Below, in pieces: positions 59,673 to 64,000 of a stretch of 64,000 nucleotides of DNA. Under the pieces are notes generated by a model, which did no database searches, had not been told where the DNA came from, and saw nothing but the letters and a program-made list of their open reading frames with translations. Positions within the stretch are counted from its first letter, which is position 1. The number at the start of each line of letters is the position of its first letter. Source of the stretch: Psammoneis japonica (taxonomy: Eukaryota). Where the stretch lies: NCBI GenBank assembly GCA_008632985.1, contig QPGO01000080.1, positions 248,001 to 312,000 on the forward strand. The letters are read 5' to 3'. Made by a program: the position numbers and the translations under genes.

Positions 59673-61951
59673 ATGCAACTACAACTCTGGAGCTCCACAA
59701 TGTTGCTGTTGTTGTTGCTCAAATGTCAGCAGAGAGCTGCTGCATCGTATGTGATTCAATCATGTTGCAAAAGATCTTTTATAAATCGTCGCAGCAGCAC
59801 GTCAGTTTTTAGCTCCAGAAAAGAGCAAGACGATCCAGTCGACAATGTCAAGTTGCGTCATGCTGCCTTTGATGCTTTGATTTTTGAAGACGCCAGTTCA
59901 TTACAAAAGAATAGCGAGAGCAACAAGAACAACGTTCCGAAAGCTTCTTCTTCGTTCTTACCAGAAGACGACGTCGTTATGGATTCGCCTTTTGATTTTG
60001 GAGACTTGGAGGAGGACATTGACCTTGTATCGAACACAGTGACACCAATAAAAGAGGATGTGAGTAACTCTGCTGTCAGCCGCTTTACAGACGATCATCC
60101 CCAACCCAATCAAGAAGAGCACGATGTTGTTTTGCCCTTTGACGTTGAGGATTTGCAACCACGAGATCCGCAAATAACTTCCATACGCTCGACAACTCCC
60201 AAGGTGGTTTACAGTCTAAGTGATTATGTGTCCCAACAAGAAAAATCAAAAGCAAACAAGCCACTTGCCTCTGTTGCACCGCAAATACTCGATGGAAACA
60301 GCCCAACGCGTTCACCAGAAGTCGATATATTTCAACCGACTAAACCAATACCCACCTCATCGATTACTCCAGAAACACTGCGTTCTGATCCACAACAACG
60401 AAAGCTGTCTAATGCAGAAGTCATGAAGCGAGGGTCGTCGGGCAACGGTGTCACGACGGAACTAGATGTTCTACAATCTCGTCTGGAGAAATTGAAGTCA
60501 GAAATTTATGCCATGAACAATAACAAGGAATTCAATGTCAACAGTCCGAAACAGGTTTCGCAAGTACTCTTTGGTGCTGATTCCAAACAAAGCACAAACA
60601 AGGAGACTCTTGAAGCCATGGGTGCCGCAGGCAATGTCTTGGCTGACTTGATTTTGCAGTGGCGTGCGTGCTCTCGTTCCATCAAGCGAATTCAAAAGAA
60701 ACCGAAAGAGCGTGTTGTCAATGTTATGGAGTCATCGGCGGGAGTAAAAGACAAGGATTCGGCTAATGGGGATGCCTTGCTCTTGGTTGATGCATCAGCC
60801 TACATCTTTCGTGCTTATTATAGCATGCCTCCTCTTCATCGAGCCGATGGAATGCCTGTAGGAGGTGAGAAGGATCATTTCTCTTGCTTTATGGGACTAC
60901 ATAATTGGCTCACTCACTCGCTTCTATGCTTTCATTCTTAGCTGTTCTTGGCTTTTGTAACATGCTCAATCGATTGGTAATGCAACGACTGCTGGACGGA
61001 GAATGTCCACGCATTGTATTGGTTTTTGACGCCAAGGGCAAGACTTTTCGGCACGATTTGTACCGAGATTACAAGGCCAACCGCAAGGAATGTCCCATGG
61101 ACTTGATTCCACAGTTTGATTTGATTCGAGACGTTGCCACTGCCTATGGTATTCAACAACTCGAGGCCAACTCATACGAAGCAGACGATGTCATTGCGAC
61201 TCTTGCCACCATGGCAATCAACGATGGTATCAATGTCAACATCTTGTCGGGCGACAAGGATCTCATGCAGCTTGTGACACCAAAGTGAGTATTGCTGTTT
61301 ATTTTGTGCATTAATCTCGTTCTCTACCTGCTCTTTCTCAACTCTATCTCCTCGCCCATTCCATAGGAACGCCTCGCCACGTGTCATCATGATTGATCCA
61401 ATGACAATGGCTCGTATTGACCATGATGCCGTCGTGGAAAAGTGGGGAGTGTCACCCGAAAAGGTGGGAGATTTACTTGCTCTGGCGGGGGATTCATCCG
61501 ATAATATATTCCGGGTGTGCCTGGCATTGGACCCAAGATTGCGTCACAGCTTTTGCAGCAGTTTGGGTCTTTGGAAAATCTCTTGAAACGAGCTGAAACA
61601 ATTCCGCAGACGGCACGACGAGAAAAGATTGTGAACAACATCGATAAGGCCTTGTTGTCGAGAAAGCTAGTGGAATTGGAACGCCAGATCCCCGTGCACA
61701 ACATGACATTTCCCCAGAATGCAAGAGTTGCCGATCTAAGGATAGAACCAATAGACACGGAAAGGCTTACAGCGTTGTACGAAACAATGGGCTTGAAGGA
61801 CTTGAAGCGGAGGTTTCAGGATCGGGTAACACAGCGCAATCGACAGCAAAAAGCTGCAACGTCAATGTCACCAAGAAAATCTCGTACCTACAACAAACGG
61901 CCAATAGCGGAGATACCGAAACCGCAGGACTACGACGACGTTCCATTCTAG
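59673..61951 (+). CDS. DNA polymerase I-type 5'-3' exonuclease/flap endonuclease with N-terminal presequence; introns 60865-60941 and 61285-61366; apparent 2-bp frameshift at ~61506
   Basis: LLVDASAYIFRAYY, VFDAKGKTFR..YKANR, YEADDVIATLA, SGDKD and the H3TH motif LAGDSSDNI/PGVPGIGPK. Both splices are in frame. Confidence 0.85.
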
Positions 61952-62239
61952 AGGTTGCCTTCTAGCTTAAAAATTTCTCTCTTCATAGAAACATATCATT
62001 CTTTCACCGGTGCTGGGTGCAGTGAATTCGCGCCAATACTGTGCAGCAGTCAACGCAGCTGGCATTGTACTCTAGAAAGGGTGGAATGCATCTCGCATTT
62101 GGAAAATAGGCTAGCTTCCGAATAAAGGCATATCCTTCAAAAAGTTGCAGATTTGGCATTTATCACAACGGCATCGCCATGCTGGGAACTGAAACAGCAC
62201 AGCGGTAACAGCACACAGCCGCCGGCAGTGAAGCTTTTG

Positions 62240-63213
62240 TCAATTTTTGGACCGGTCTTGCAATGAATCGAGAATCAGTTCCAGCTTTGTCGAGACGTCA
62301 TTCCACGTGTGATTCGTACGTTTGCGCCTTTCTTCGCTTGCGCGGTCCAAATCCAAGTGGCAAAAGGTTCCATTCCTATCAACCATGACTTGAAAGTCAA
62401 ACGCTAGATCAGCATGCTCCGCAATCATGTCTGCTGTTCGTTTAACTTCCTCTTGGAATTTTAGCTGAAACGACTTTGGATTCACAATCAGGGGACGAAA
62501 AGTTTCCAACTGACTCACGGTAAGTTCCAAGTTGGCTCCTACGGTTCCCACCAACAGGTTTGGCTCGGGGATGCGTCTCGTCTTTTGCAGCATAACAACC
62601 GGATTTTCTCCAAAAGGCAAACGAACGGGCAAGCCAACAGTTTCTCGTTGGGGTTGGCGGACACAGGAATTCAGCACGGCCAGCTGTTTTTCGGCAAGCT
62701 CAACCTTTTGTAGGGGCATTCCATTCCCAACTTTGTAATGCCGCAATTCGAACTCAACTCTTCTTCAAAGTGAAACGCCTTTGTCATGTCTTCATGGGAT
62801 CTTCCGCCTGACACCAAATGTCCCAGTGCAGGGTTTGTGGCAGAATTAAAGTGGCACTTGTGACAGCCACAGATGCTTGCGCCAGCGCTCCAATCCATGT
62901 CTGACCAAGGGTGACCCTCGAGTTTCATTGCTTGTTGGGCGTTCTCAACGTTTTTTGAAAGCTTTGCATCCAGCAAGTCGGACTGTGATTTGACAGGAGT
63001 TTCCTCCTCTGCACCGTCAACTTCGAAATGACGAGTCTTGCTCTCGAACGTTTCTGGGGTTTGAGCGACAAAATTGATGCCAAAGTCGTCAGTTTTCTTC
63101 AAAAAGGCCATCATGCAGAGCCATGCGTTTGCAAGCGAGAAAACAGAAAGCCTGAAGACAACAGAAACACACGCAGAGGCCGGCTTTGGGTGTGTTTTTA
63201 CTGACAGGTCCAT
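62240..63213 (-). pseudogene. Probable decaying host gene (type II membrane protein of unknown function), frameshift near 62750
   Basis: Two overlapping ORFs (62671-63390 and 62240-62746). Hydrophobic N-terminal segment and a DFQVMVD..HLDLDR motif. The 5' half is TpA-poor. Confidence 0.45.
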
Positions 63214-64000
63214 CTTTTGATTGGCGATGAGGGATGAGGGGACGGGAAAAAGAAGAAGTGTGCGACCACTAAATTCGGCAAAATTGAGACGCAGTTTGTG
63301 GTCGGCATTTGGCAAGTCATCAAAAAGTGTGGGACACCCGCACCAGAAATGTCCATTTATGTCCCTGTTCACATGTGCGTAGAAGGTCATCTTTTAAGGA
63401 GCAACAAGCAATTGCACTCTATGTGCGATAAATGAAACGAATCGTGCATGTGTCACAAATTGGAAAATGTGTCAATTCTAAACATTCAGTGTTGTTGATT
63501 GTGTAAAATGTGTGGAACAAAAATGAGAATTGTCGCTGTGTCAAGCATGAGCAATCGTGCTGCAACATGGCACAAGAAAGAGAAACAAACAATGGAAAGA
63601 AATTTGGGCATGGCATCAATGGAGACGAGAATGGACAAGGCTCTGGAAGTTCTTTGCAAACAAAATGAAAACTTTGTGCAGAAACGTCAAAAGAAGCTCG
63701 CACTGCCAGCGACCAGGTGGCACAATGAGGAAACGACAAATGGCTTTGCAAGCAGAGCTTGTTGGGAAAAGGAGCGCCAATTGGAAGATGTGATGTGAAT
63801 GACAAAAGTGCAAATTTGAGTGATGCTCAATGTGAAGATGAAGAAGCAACAGATGCCAGCACAGCACATGGTCTCGGAGCAATCTGCGGCGGCGAAGGAA
63901 GTGAAAAAAATTTTGAGTGTGCCGCAGTTGCCATGGGACTCAAAATGGAGTGCAGGCTGAAAAACCATTGTGTGCGAGGGATGTGGGATTGCATGAAGTG

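Overview
Eukaryotic genomic DNA, most likely from a diatom. That call is inferred from the CoDi-like Copia and Gypsy motifs, the LRR transmembrane protein and the short introns. Islands of intact host genes alternate with blocks of nested transposons, and there is one N gap at 29425-29873. Host genes: a nucleotide-diphospho-sugar transferase, a sulfotransferase, a GT10 fucosyltransferase, a GT92/GT2-like protein, a HEI10/RNF212-like RING protein, a Zn-ribbon protein, a 2OG-Fe(II) oxygenase, a double-module LRR membrane protein and a Pol I-type 5' nuclease. Mobile elements: a full-length Copia with TSD; two non-autonomous derivatives carrying a 42-bp hairpin array; a degenerate Gypsy containing a TRIM with a tRNA-type Pol III promoter; a tandem pair of Mutator-like elements encoding DDE transposase, DEDDy exonuclease and Ulp1 protease; and three MITE families. 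The main signal is that repeats, but not intact genes, are almost free of TpA. Conserved Tyr codons have become Cys (TA>TG) or His (TA>CA), which points to a repeat-targeted, double-stranded A>G mutation process in TpA context, opposite in direction to fungal RIP. It also removes TAA/TAG stops, so most of the short ORFs in the track are spurious.
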